Notes under the pieces: generated by a model
The model's input: the letters and a program-made list of their open reading frames with translations, nothing else
Database searches by the model: none
Told to the model about the DNA's origin: nothing
In this document: positions 11,796 to 23,609 of the stretch, in pieces
Layout: every line of letters starts with the position of its first letter
Position numbering within the stretch: position 1 is the stretch's first letter
Assembly (NCBI GenBank): GCA_030704615.1
Contig: CM060732.1
Location: 50,840,001 to 50,904,000, forward strand
Source: Takakia lepidozioides
Taxonomy: Eukaryota > Plantae > Bryophyta
DNA length: 64,000 bases
Direction: 5' to 3'
Program-made: the position numbers and the translations under genes

Positions 11796-12684
11796 CACAT
11801 TTCATCACATTTGGGATATTTACATTTTGGGACCATACATGTCACATTTCAACAAAATGGATAATAATGCTATTTAATCCCAGGTCCCATGTGATGTCCT
11901 TGCTTGTTGTGGTGTATAAGATCAGATGACACAACCCCATAAGATATTTGTCAAATACTTGCTATTTGTTACCACCTGTGTTACATTTATGAAGCATGTC
12001 AAATTCTCCCATCTCCTCGAATGTTCAAAACTGCATTCCCCAGTTAATGCATTATTCCATTTTGTCGCATTTTGTTTTTTCCTTGGTCGTCATTGTGTAG
12101 ATATATATTCCATTCATGCAGTTGATATGACCCAGGGAGTACGAGGGTGTCTCGTTTTCTATTGTTACATTTATCAATTGTGCAATTTGTACCTATGGTA
12201 GATGCATGTGAATTCCCACCGTCGATTTCTCCGAATTTGATCACACCCGACCGGGTCGAGCTTGTACCTTCGGCCCTCCTATTTTTTATATCTTGGGTTG
12301 CCCAGCTATCGACTATGACCTTTGTTGAACGAAGGTGACCCTCTTTATGGCTTATTTGGTCACTGCAACATTCGAAACTAGGTTGCATGTACGTGGAAGA
12401 ATTCTGCATGTTTTTTAGCCATTTATATCTCTACCTTGGTTTATCGTGTGCTGCGAAAATGTTCAGGGATGCAGGTGAAAATATAAATTTGTTGGACCTA
12501 AGTTGAACGAAGGTGGCTCTTCTATCATTTGGAATGTGATCTTGTATTCAATTTCAAACTCTAAAATTTTAATTTTTCCGGGCAGGTTCGTTGGGCAGAT
12601 TGAAATGTTCGTGTTGACCTTTGTTGACCTTTGTCACTGATGGAATTGTGTTGGCAACTGACAGAATAGGAGCTCTCGTCGCAG

Positions 12685-13874
12685 ATGTGGGAACTCGTGA
12701 AAGAATTTATAAAATCTTGCGACACGTGTGCTAAAGCGAAGGGACCACGACATCGACCTTATGGCCTTCTTCAACCATTACCCATTCCCAATAGTCCATG
12801 GTCGTCCGTGTCTATGGACTTTATTACCGTGGACCTTTCAATTTCCAATACCACCGATTTAATCCTTGTTATTGTAGATCGTTTTACAAAGATGACACAT
12901 TTCATTCCATGTAATAAGACAGTTACATGCGAGGAAACTGCAAGACTCTTCCTCAATAATATCTACCGCATTCATGGACTCCCGAAGGACATCGTATCTG
13001 ATCAAGGACCACAGTTCATATCAAATTTCTGGAGGGGATTATTTCACATATTGGATACTAAGATCAATCTCTCTACAACTAATCATCCACAGACCGATGG
13101 TCAAACCAAACGCATAACCAAATTTTGGAGCAGTATCTTCGCTGTACGATAAATTATCACCAAGATAATTGGACGGACCTTATGTCATTGGCTGAGTTTG
13201 CCTACAACAACACTATACATTCTTCGACCAAACAAACTCCATTTTTCTCCAATTATGGTCATCATCCTCGAGCAAACCCTTTCCACATGAAGACTGTTGG
13301 AAGCCCTGCTGCAGAAAACCTTACTACTCATCTTGTTACGATTCACAATGAGCTTACATTCCACATCGCAGAAGCTCAAAAACAATACAAGGAGTATGCA
13401 GATCAACATCGCCTACTCCAACCCTAGTTTAAGGTCGGAGATCGTGTGTGGCTTCTTCGACGGGACATATAAACCTCGCGACCATCAAGGAAGTTGGATT
13501 ATCAACGCTTGTGACCATTCAAAATTATTCGACAAATAAATCAGGTCAAGTTTCGGTTTGAACTCCCACGAAGTATGCACATCCATCCAGTCTTTTATGT
13601 TTCATTATTGGAATTGTATCATCCATCAAATATTCCAGGGAGAGTCTCCGTACCACCTCCACTAATCGAAGTCAATCAGGAAATCGAGTATGAAGTCGAC
13701 GAAGTCCTAGACTCTCGCATCAAGTATAAACGTCTTGAGTATTTCGTACATTGGAAAGGTTACGATATCAGCGAACAAACGTGGGAACCTTCATCCAATC
13801 TTGCCAATGCATCTGTCAAAGTCCAAGAGTTTTATCAACGATATCCAGCTAAGCCCCGAGCTACACGTCAATAA
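12685..13874 (+). mobile_element. Ty3/gypsy (chromovirus) integrase + chromodomain remnant
   Basis: [41 protein letters not shown]; HPVFYVSLL..EYEVDEVLDSR..YFVHWKGY; frameshifted. Confidence 0.95.
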
Positions 13875-14204
13875 GACGTCACAACGATGTTGTCAGCCCA
13901 CTACAACAGATCGCAATATATATGATTGTATATATGGCTATCATGTAGTCATAAACGGTACACATGACTGCAATGACTTTAAGTCGTGCAAACCAAGTGA
14001 ATACAATGAGTACAGTATGGTCGGTCATGGATTACTGCAGTCAGATAAACCAAGTAATACATCTTACTATCATGTGGCTGTCATATGTACTTTTACCATA
14101 TATATATATGACTTAATGTGCTACTGCAAACTGTACACGTGTCTCTTTTTTATAATTCCAGGAGGTTTTGTGGATGTGCGCCATATGGCGTCTCCCGAAA
14201 CTCC

Positions 14205-14420
14205 CACGTGGCATATCCATGAGGAGGATCTGCAGTCAACATCCTGATTATAACCATGCTAATATTTGGACACGTGGCATATAATGAGAGGTCTTACAGT
14301 CATTGTCATGACTACAAACATCTTGATATGTGGACACGTGGCATGTATTGAGGAGGTTTTGCAGTCATGATCCTGACTATAACATGCTGATATATGGACA
14401 CGTGGTGTCATATGAGGGGT
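14205..14420. repeat. ~64-bp tandem repeat (about 3.5 copies), each starting with CACGTGG
   Basis: CACGTGG at ~14205, 14271, 14335, 14399, each followed by similar GAGGAG..CAGTCA..TGACTA..CATG sequence. Confidence 0.8.
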
Positions 14421-14849
14421 TGTTTTGAACTTTTAAATGTATTGGACAGTCGGAGCAATGACTATGCTTATCTCGTTAGGGTTAGTAGAGATTATGGTTA
14501 GTATTATTCAATACTAAACAAAGAGAAGAACAAAGAGACAAAAAATGATTCTGCAAATGAATGTTTTATTCATAGGCAAGAATCACAGGAAAGAACAAAG
14601 TCACCAAGTGAAAATGACAAAACATAGGCACTTAAAGACAACAGCAGATGTAAGAGCTTCTCTTAAACTGCTGCCAGTCAAATTTACAATATAACACCGG
14701 AGTCCCAAAATCTGCTCCTCAAACAATAGTATGACAAAGTGCAAATGACACTACATATGCACTGAAGATAGCAAGAGATGTAAAATGCGTATGTCTTTCT
14801 ACGTTTGCTACTGTTCCAGCACAACAACAAATCAGCAGGATAGGGTGCA

Positions 14850-15248
14850 CCCACATTTTGCATGCACATGTCCACGAGGGTATTGTTCAGAATGACATTT
14901 GATAAAATTCCAGCTCTGACAATGTTGCCATGGACTTCTGTGCCCTTTTCCAGAGCTGCCAGGATTGCACATGCATTGCAAATGCACAAAAACGTGATGT
15001 GGTCGGGCTTCACCCATTCCCCCATTATTTGATCATAGGTCTCCAAAGCCTCCATACCACGTCCGGCCTGCTGTGCATACCCTGCAAACATCGCATTCCA
15101 CGACACCACATCTCGTTCAACCATAGTGTTGAAAACTCCCTTCGCATCCTTAATGCACCCACATTTGGCATACATGTCCACCAGGGCAGCGTTCAGAATG
15201 ACATCCAGTACAATTCCAGCTTTGACAATGTCACCATGGACTTCTTTC
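14850..15248 (-). pseudogene. PLS-PPR fragment
   Basis: DMYAKCGCIKDAKGVF..DVVSWNAMFAGYAQ..KPDHITFLCICNAC..GTEVHG; paralogous to 1-1075. Confidence 0.92.
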
Positions 15249-18200
15249 TGGCCCTCTTGGATGAATCTGGACCCACACTCTATCTCTGCTCCTTCAGCTA
15301 TCCATGCCTATGCACAAATCATGCATACATCCTTGCCTTGCTACTAGCAGCTGACGATGACAGCCTAGATTTGTTCTAGGAAACACCCAACTCAACTTAT
15401 CACACTAGTTCATATGCTCAATTGCATCTGCTACTCTCTATAATCAAACAGACATTCACCTTCTTGCCTCGATTGTCCCACCATTGACTGGGTAAGAAAA
15501 GTATTCATTCCACAACTTCTCCTCATCTCTGTTACCTGTTTCTGGATACTTTCCTGTTGTCACATTGGCAGTATCATGTCAAAGTCACTCCAAACTATCA
15601 AAGGTTCACTCGACCAGCTAACATGCAGAATTCAACATGGAAACTTAGGGTCGATTCTGATAAGAAGGAAAAACAGGGTGAAATGTGTTGAAGAAGGTGT
15701 CTTCATTAGCAGTGCCTAATTTATCAATTCCACCGCTATTGCTGCAGCTTCCGGTTGACCATCTATCCATGCAGGTTGCTAGTAGCTATTGATCCACAGG
15801 GAATCATAGGAGCTTGAAGTCCGGCCCTCTTCGATGAATCTGGACCTACACTCTATCCCTGCTCCTTCAGCTATCCATGCCTCTGCCAAAATCATGCATT
15901 CACCCTTGCCTTGCTGCTAGCAGCTGACAATGAAAGCCTCGAATTGTTCTAGGAAACTTCCCAACTCAATTATCACATTATAATATGCATATGCGAGCTT
16001 AGCAGCCCTGGGAATGGTCAAAGAGGTTCATGGTGACATTATCAAAGCTGGAATTGTACCAGATGTCATTCTGAACATTCCCCTGGTGGACATCTATGCT
16101 CACCAAGTGTTCAACAGAATCCCTCAACGATCTTTGATCACGTGGAATATAATGTTGGCAGGATTTACCAAGCATACGGTTGGTAGGAATGCTTTGGAGA
16201 CCTATGAGCAAATGTTGCGCGAAGGGTTGAAGCCCAACCACATCACATTTGTTTTTGTTTGCAATACGTGTGCAAGCCTGGAAACATTCTGTTGTAGTGA
16301 ATACTTTTCTAACCCCAGTCAACGGTGGGACAATCAAGGCAAAAAGGTGAATGTCTGTTGGATTACAGAGAGTAGAAGATGCAATTGAGCATATGAACTA
16401 GTTTCCATAGCTTCCGTTGTTACCTGTGGACATCATATTGGTGTTACAGAGCAGTCAGGGATAGAGAGTGGGTCCAGATTCATCTAAGAGGGCCAGATTT
16501 CAAGCACAAGCTTACTTATGATTCCATGTGGATCAATAGCTACAGGAAACCTGCATGGGTAGATGGTCAACTAGATGCCGCAACAGCAATGGCACAATTG
16601 ATAAAATCAAGCACTGGTAATCAAGGCACCTTAATCTTCAACACATTTCACCCTAAATTTCCATGTTGAATTTTGCAAGTTAGCTGGTTGAGTGAATGTA
16701 GTTTGGAGTGACTTTGATATGATACTGCCACTGTGACAACAAGAAAATATCCAAAAACACGTAACAGAGATGAGGTGAAGTTGTGGAATGAATACTTTTC
16801 TGACCCCATGAGTCAATGGTAGGACACCAAGGCAAAAATTTCAGTCTGGTGCCAAGAGTGGGTAGGCCCTTGAGGTCATCCCTGATGTCCTCCCCATGTT
16901 ACAGACTGGAAACAGGTTCAGGGAAGCTTTCTGCCTAACTTCATTTTCATCAGACAATTTTCTGGTAACAGACATGGCTTTGGACACTACAGTCTCTAAG
17001 TCAGATTTATCTAGCAGGGTCAAGACTTACGGGTCTTTACTACCCAAAGAGTGATAAGTTTACGAATTTGGACCTTGCCTGCTTGCTTGGAACCAAAGAT
17101 GGTCCATCCTCCCTAGTTTAAGCCAGTACCAAGGATTTTCCCCTCCTTTGTTTTGGGTGGACGGTGGTGGGCAGTGTTTATAGTTGGTATCATAGCTTGA
17201 AGGCTTGCAATGTGTACTTATTGTTCTGCAAGTGATGAATTATGAAAATTCAATGATGCCCATCATTTGAAGAGTGCTAGTTGGCCCAGCAATGAAATAC
17301 CAGAGCACCTCCTCTTCCAATTAGATCCAGGAAGTATAATTTTGGTTGGTAAATGAAACTCTGTTGCTACAAGTTCATGTGATTCCCTTTACTCATTTTT
17401 GTCTTATTTTTGGATTCTCTCGTTGCCTCACAAATTCACCACTAAGCTGTATGGGTAGCAGATGCAGAGAGTAGCAGAGAGTAGCATATGCCATTGAGCA
17501 TAGGTGATAACTGGAGTTGGGTGTTTGCTGGAACAAATCTAGGCTATCATTGTCAGCTGCTAGCAGTAAGGCAAGGATGTATGCATTTTTGTGTAGAGGC
17601 ATGGATAGCTAAAGGAGCAGGGATAGAGTGTGGGTCCAGATTCATCAAAGAGGGCCGGATTTCAAGCACAAGATTACCTATGAGTCCCTGTGGAAGCAGC
17701 ACGGGTAGATGGTCAACTAGAAGCAGCAGCAGCAGCGGCACAATTGATAAACTCAGGCACTGCTAATCAAGGCACCTTCTTCAACACATTTCACCCTGTT
17801 TTTCCCTCTTATCAGAATCGGCCCTAGATTTTCAAGTTGAATTCTTCACGTTAGCTGGTTGAGTGAACCTTTGATAGTTTGGAATGACTTTGACATGATA
17901 CTGCCAATGTGACAACAGGAAAGTATCCACAAACAGGTAACAAAGACGAGGAGAAACTGTGGAATGAATACTTTCTGCCCCCCAGTCAATGGTGGGACAA
18001 TCGAGGCAAAAAGGTGAATGCCTGTTGGATTACAGAGAGTAGCATATGCTATTAAGCATAGGAACTAGTGTGATAAGTAGGGTTGGGGTGTTTGCTGGAA
18101 CAATTCTAGGCTGTCATTGTTAGCTGCTAGCAGCAAGGCAAGGATGTATTCATGATTTGTGCAGAGGTATGGATAGCTGAAGAGCAGGGATAGAGTGTGG

Positions 18201-18877
18201 GTCCAGATTCATCCAAGAGGGCTGGATTTCAAGCTCCAGATTACCTATGATTTCATGTGGAAGGGTAGCTACAAGAAACCTGCATGGGTAGATGGTCAAC
18301 TGGAAGCCGTAGCAGCAGCGGCACAATTGATAAATTTAGGCACTGGTAATCAAGGCACATTCTTCAACACAATTCACCCTGTTTTTCCCTCTTATCAGAA
18401 TCGGCCCTAAATTTCCATGTTGAATTCTACAAGTTAGCTGGTTGAGTGAAGTTAGTTTGGAGTGACTTTGACATGAAACTGCCAATGTGACAATAGGAAA
18501 GTATCCAGAAACAGGTAACAGAGACGAGGAGAAGCTATGGAATGAATACTTTCTGACCCCAGTCAATGGTGGGACAATCGAGGCAAAAAGGTGAATGCCT
18601 GCTGGATTACAGAGAATAGCATATGCCATTGAGCATAGGAACTAGTGTAATAAGTTGAGTTGGGTGTTTCCTAGAAAAAATCTAGGCTGTCATTGTCAGC
18701 TGCTAGCAGCAAGGCAAGGATGTATGCATGATTTTGTGTAGAAGCATGGATAGCTGAAGGAGCAGGGATAGAGTGTAGGTCCAGATTCATCCAAGAGGGC
18801 CGGATTCAAGCTCCAGATTACCTATGATTGCCTGTGGAAGGATAGTTACAAGAAACCTGCATGGGTAGATGGTCAAT
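15249..18877. repeat. ~570-bp exon-intron repeat encoding OSB/PTAC9-type PDF motifs (2 inverted copies 15.25-15.98 kb, ~4 forward copies 16.3-18.9 kb), decayed
   Basis: Splicing GGCAAAAAG|gtgaat..gtccag|ATTCATCCA (introns 18014-18206, 18591-18784) gives the consensus EEKLWNEYFSDPSQWWDNRGKK|IHPRGPDFKHKITYDSLWINSYKKPAWV. Unit starts at 16478, 17640, 18207, 18785. Confidence 0.85.
16000..16283 (+). pseudogene. PLS-PPR fragment joined to a PDF-motif unit
   Basis: KEVHGDIIKAGIVPDVILN..HQVFNRIPQRSLITWNIMLAGF..KPNHITFV, then EYFSNPSQRWDNQGKK in the same ORF (16014-16388). Confidence 0.88.
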
Positions 18878-19829
18878 TTCTTGTTGCGGTAGTGCTTAGC
18901 AACATCGTGCTTGAAGAATGAAGTATATTTTGGGAATATATATAGACAGACTGGTTCAAACACCATGTCAGTGTCTGATGTATTAACATCCAATATCGTT
19001 CGAAGGTGCAATGTCCTCTGAGGTTGTGTTGTGGTGTTTCTATGGATGGCATGTTTGATTGTAGTTGTGTCTTTCATACTGTATCATATTGTTGCTTCTG
19101 CCAGTCTATGCAATAGGGTTGGTGGTAGAATCTTTCTTTGCCACTCTATGCAATTGCCAGCAGGGTTGGGGGTCGATTCTTGGTCATTGGAAGATTAATG
19201 CATGTTCTCTTTCCATGCAGAGGGGTTGTGTCTTGGTATAGATGGCCTTTCCTCTTTGCCAATTGTTGTGCTTATGAGAACTCCACCGTATGGTTATTAA
19301 ATTTCATATTAATTTAATATAGTTTAATATCTAAATTAGTCATCTATAAAAATATATAATATTTAATAAATTGTAAAATCTACATGATCAACACGTGTCA
19401 GTCACACCTGCTCCAACAAGACCACGTAACATCTATAGTGTTGTATGTTGTAGTGATATAGTCATACCCATAGTAGTCATGAAGATATGACTACTCCATT
19501 GCACCATCAGACGATGATTACACATGTCAAATCCCAAGGATCCCACATGTCACGCAGAGGCCTCTCCATGTAGGTGCAATGTTGTAGTGATGTAGTCGTA
19601 ACCTCAGTCATAACTTTCAGTCGTGTAGTCATATTTGTTATGACTACATCACCAAACCCTGTATCACTATCCCATGCCACGTCCTCAGTGACGACCATGA
19701 CTTCGCACATATCACTCCGTAGTCATGGTAGAACTGACTTCGTGTTTGTCACTGCAGAGTGAGGTAGTCATAGAAGCACTTATCACTGCAAATGCAGTGA
19801 TATCCATAGTCATAAAAACGTTAATCTGT

Positions 19830-20960
19830 ACTAGTGACAGGATCCCAATTCCTCATGGAGGCCTGATATAAATCTTAGAACAGAAAATGTCGGAAGTTTA
19901 ACTCCACGCGGGTTCGCCAAGCCAAAGGATGTACACTCAAATGTTGTGCCCGGGACCATGAGGATCAAACCTATCCTCATTGACGAATCTGATTCCACGA
20001 CGTCTGAGTCCGAGAAAGGTGCTATTTCAGAAAAAAAGAATACTGGATCTACAAGTTCCGCACCTCCCAAATGTATCTTTTCTTCTGTCCAAGAGCTTCC
20101 CAAGCAACATGGACAGTTTGTACGTGAAACAACTCATCCTCGAGAAGGATGGAAGATCGAACGTACAACCCGGCGAACAGCTGTACAGTGTTGTGGTGCA
20201 GATAAGCAAGGAAGGCATTTGCATGCGAAGAATTCTTCCTAAAGGTTCCACTTCTGGAATTCCTGCTCCAAATTTCCTTGGTTGGAACCATCCTCCCGTA
20301 ATGAATCGTGCGGTTCAAAAGTTGTTCTGGTTCTGTGCAGATGACATGAGCCATGCCGCAGGTCCTTGTGTGTCACACAATGTTGCCCACCCTGGGAACG
20401 TTCCTTCGGTTTGGCCGGTTGCTAAGGGAACTGATTTAACGCAGATTGAGGTGGGCAGACTAACATCTGCTAGATTTTGTCTTGTTCCCGAGGGTTCTGC
20501 ACTTGTGAGGATGTCTAAACCCTCTGCAATCCGTCCTACGTCTCATGTAGGCCTGGACAGACCCACACAACCATCAGTTGTTAGTGGGCCCCATTCATCC
20601 AATTCCATAGCTTGCAAAGATCGCGATGGACGGAGAGTTCGACGATATGAACCACTCTCAAAAAAGGCTAAAGCAAATATTGCAAAAGTTGCATCCTGTG
20701 GGTTGAAAAAAAATGACATTGGTCAGGGTTTGGGTCGAATTTATACAATCAATACCCCAAATTCTTGTGAGCGTGGACTGACTTATGATGTCTCCATCGG
20801 CTTGGAACCCTCCTATACATGTGAAGCTTTTGATCAACATAAGAGGAGAGCCAGAGAAGGATACCTTCCTTGCAAGCACATATTGTTTGTTATGCTTGTC
20901 ATCTTGGGTGGTCAATCCGACTATACCCCATTAATGCATTATCCGACACTTAGTGAGCCT
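19830..20960 (+). pseudogene. C-terminal part of a second MULE-family SWIM transposase (5'-truncated, frameshifted)
   Basis: WKIERT, GIPAPNF..FWFCADD, WPVAKGTDLTQIEV and SWIM YTCEAF..PCKH parallel WHIERT, GTPAPTF..FWFCPDD, KIGTSLSSTEI and CTC..PCKH of 2887-3780. Confidence 0.8.
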
Positions 20961-22847
20961 GATTGGCCAACCGGCTTAGTAGAGAGAAATGATTTCCGGG
21001 AAGTTCTCGCCGGCAGTATCATTTTGCTCAGGAGAAGAATAGAGGCAGATGTTTACCTAGCTATCTCAGACTCCTCCAACTTGGCCCTTGAACAGTATTT
21101 CAGTTATTCTGTTTCTCTAAAACATCCTATGAACGAATTTTTTGAGCAGAAAGTACTTGTGCACTGTGAATTTGTGCACGACGTATTTGTATATATATTT
21201 TTTATTGCTATTACAGAATGAGGTTTCTTTTCATATCTCGTTTCATTATGAAGCAATATTGGCTCCTATTATGGCCATTGATTTTCCCTCGCACCCCATT
21301 CCACCTTCGTCATATCGGTTTATATGGTTTTATGATGTACACCATCCTCTTTTTCTACATCATGTGCCGTACCTTCGTTTCCTAAAGGTGACATTGTCTA
21401 CGCTTTATTAATATTCCGCCCCCATCTTCCTTGAGTGTAAGTTATCTTTTCTGCAACCCTTCTATTTTTTAGCCACCTTCGTCATCCGAAGGTGGTCTCT
21501 TACAAATTATCTCATATGCCCCAAAACCTCTGTCCTGCTTATTTCTTAGAAGCCCATATCTCATGTTGGGTTTTTTTTCGGCATCCATTTATTTCGTTGT
21601 TACCTAAAAATTCTCGAAAGATGTCAGTCATCATATGTTGGAAAATTGCTATAAGACCGAAAGGCATAACACTGTATTCGAAATGTCCATACCTTGTTCG
21701 AAAAGTTGTTTTCCATTCGTCTCATTCTTTTATCCGTACAAGGTTATAAGCTCATCTCAAGTCAATTTTGGTGAAAATCTTTGCTTGTCCCAGTTGGTCG
21801 AGAAGCCAAGAAATCAGCGGCAACGGATAACAATTCTTAATTGTGACTTTGTTGATACCGCGATAGTCCACACACATGCATAATAATCTGTCCTTCTTTT
21901 TCACACACAAAATAGGTGCATCCGCAGGTAATTTTGAATGTCGGATGAAGTTCTTCAACAAATGTAACTCAATTGCTCAGTCATAAGGTCGATGTTCTGG
22001 CAATATGTCTGCATTTTTATTCTCGAATACATCCTTGAAATCTTGATATTGAGTGGGTAATGTCGAAGTACCTTTGTCTGTTGTGGTCTTGATCGGAGTC
22101 GCATAAAGTGCAAATGCCGCATCCTTTTTGGTAGCTCTCATGAAAGCTCTAGCTCCAAGGAACAGAGGTTGAATACCTTTGATATTTCTACATTTTTGTC
22201 TTGCAGAAATTTTTCGCGACGCCAATCGATGTCAGGATTGTGAAGTACGAATCAGGGAAGTCTAAGGATCACATGATTCGTTGGAGACTGGATGACGTTG
22301 AAAACAATATGTGATGCTTGATCTTCAAGTGGTCGAGTTTCATGGTCAACATTTCCTGATACTAACGGTCGTCCATCGATGACTTCAACGGGGGCCAAAA
22401 GTTTCTTCTTTACGAGCGTTAAATTGTGTTGCTTCGCAAGTTTTTGTAAATAAAACATGTTGAAGCCCCTGAGTCCAAAAATGATTCTACAGAGATATCT
22501 TGATTTTGCACTCTGATTTTTTACCGGAACTGTGAAACAAGGTGCAGGGTCTAGAGGTAGAAAAAAACTTTTTTTTTGTGAGGAATTTGTGGTGTCCAGC
22601 CGCATGGTCCCTACTGTGACTGGACATCTTCGTTTTCCGACCTCTCGTATTGAACACTTGAGTTGCGCCCCGAACTTTGAATCTTCTCTTGTTGGGGCAG
22701 TTTAATGCTATGTGTTCTTCTTCTCCGCAATAGAGACATAATCCATTCGAGCGTCGTCTTTGTTTTTCTTGTGGCGTTAATGGCTTGAATCGGACAACAT
22801 CAATCTGCATATGACCACTACCGGATGTCTGATGGATCATTGTGTTT

Positions 22848-23554
22848 TGTCGCGGCCCTTTGCCTTGACGGCAGGGGGGGTTGGACACGTGAGGGGCTGC
22901 CCCTGTGGTGGGGGCAGCGACAACAATAGGATGGGGGAGCTGAAGCACCCTTGAGTGCCCAAGGCACTCAAGGAGGCGGAGGCGCTCACTAGGTGGAGCC
23001 CCGCACACCGGGTTGCGGTGGGGGTGGATCCACAAGGGGTGGTGGTAGCTTAGCGGGACTTAGTGGGGGTGGCATAGGACTCACCATGGGGGCGGAGACC
23101 TCGTGGTGGGAGTCGTGGGGAGTCTTGGGACTCATCACGGTCCATAGGGGCCGTGATGAGTGGGCCAAGACTCACCGCGACTCATCACCGGGAGTCGAGG
23201 GTTTTCGTGGTGGTTCGCCATAAAATGGCATGGCTGGTTGTGAAACCCCCGCGGACAGCTACAGAAGTATATATAGGGAGTAGTAACCCCGAGAACGGTG
23301 CAAGCCCGTTGGTGACCAAAAACTAGTGAGTGAGCGAGCGAGCCGGAAAACGACCAAAGAGTGGGGAGCTGTTCCGGACTGCCGTCTACCAAAGGGAATT
23401 CCACTAGGCCCAAATAGGTGGAGGGTTTAGTGGGGGAGCGAAGGGGGACCGTTATGTCCCGGTGAGCAGCCGAAGCTCCAAGTTGGCCAGGCGCGCGCAT
23501 CAAAGCGAGTAATTATGACTTGAAAGGGAGTTTACCGAAGTGAGGTGCGCGACA
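22848..23554 (+). repeat. 5' LTR (707 bp)
   Basis: Direct repeat of 29078-29805; TG..CA ends. Confidence 0.96.
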
Positions 23555-23556
23555 CT

Positions 23557-23568
23557 TGGTATCAGAGC
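23557..23568 (+). promoter_or_regulatory. Primer binding site (tRNA-iMet)
   Basis: TGGTATCAGAGC 2 nt after the LTR. Confidence 0.95.
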
Positions 23569-23609
23569 TTAGAGTTCAGTACGCGATCGTCCTTGGGATT
23601 GGCCTCATC

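Larger units (their letters stand above)
1076..12684. mobile_element. Putative large DNA element carrying a methyltransferase-like gene (interrupted by the 2467-9160 insertion; ends approximate)
   Basis: Abruptly interrupts the PPR at ~1075 and ends at the Ty3 integrase fragment. Carries dispersed ACCTTCG-N5-CGAAGGT palindromes and an 89-bp diverged direct repeat (1592-1680 vs 12184-12272). No TIR or TSD found. Confidence 0.5.

Noticed and set aside
14474-14485. TTAGGGTTAG telomere-like sequence
   Set aside because: Under two units; expected by chance.
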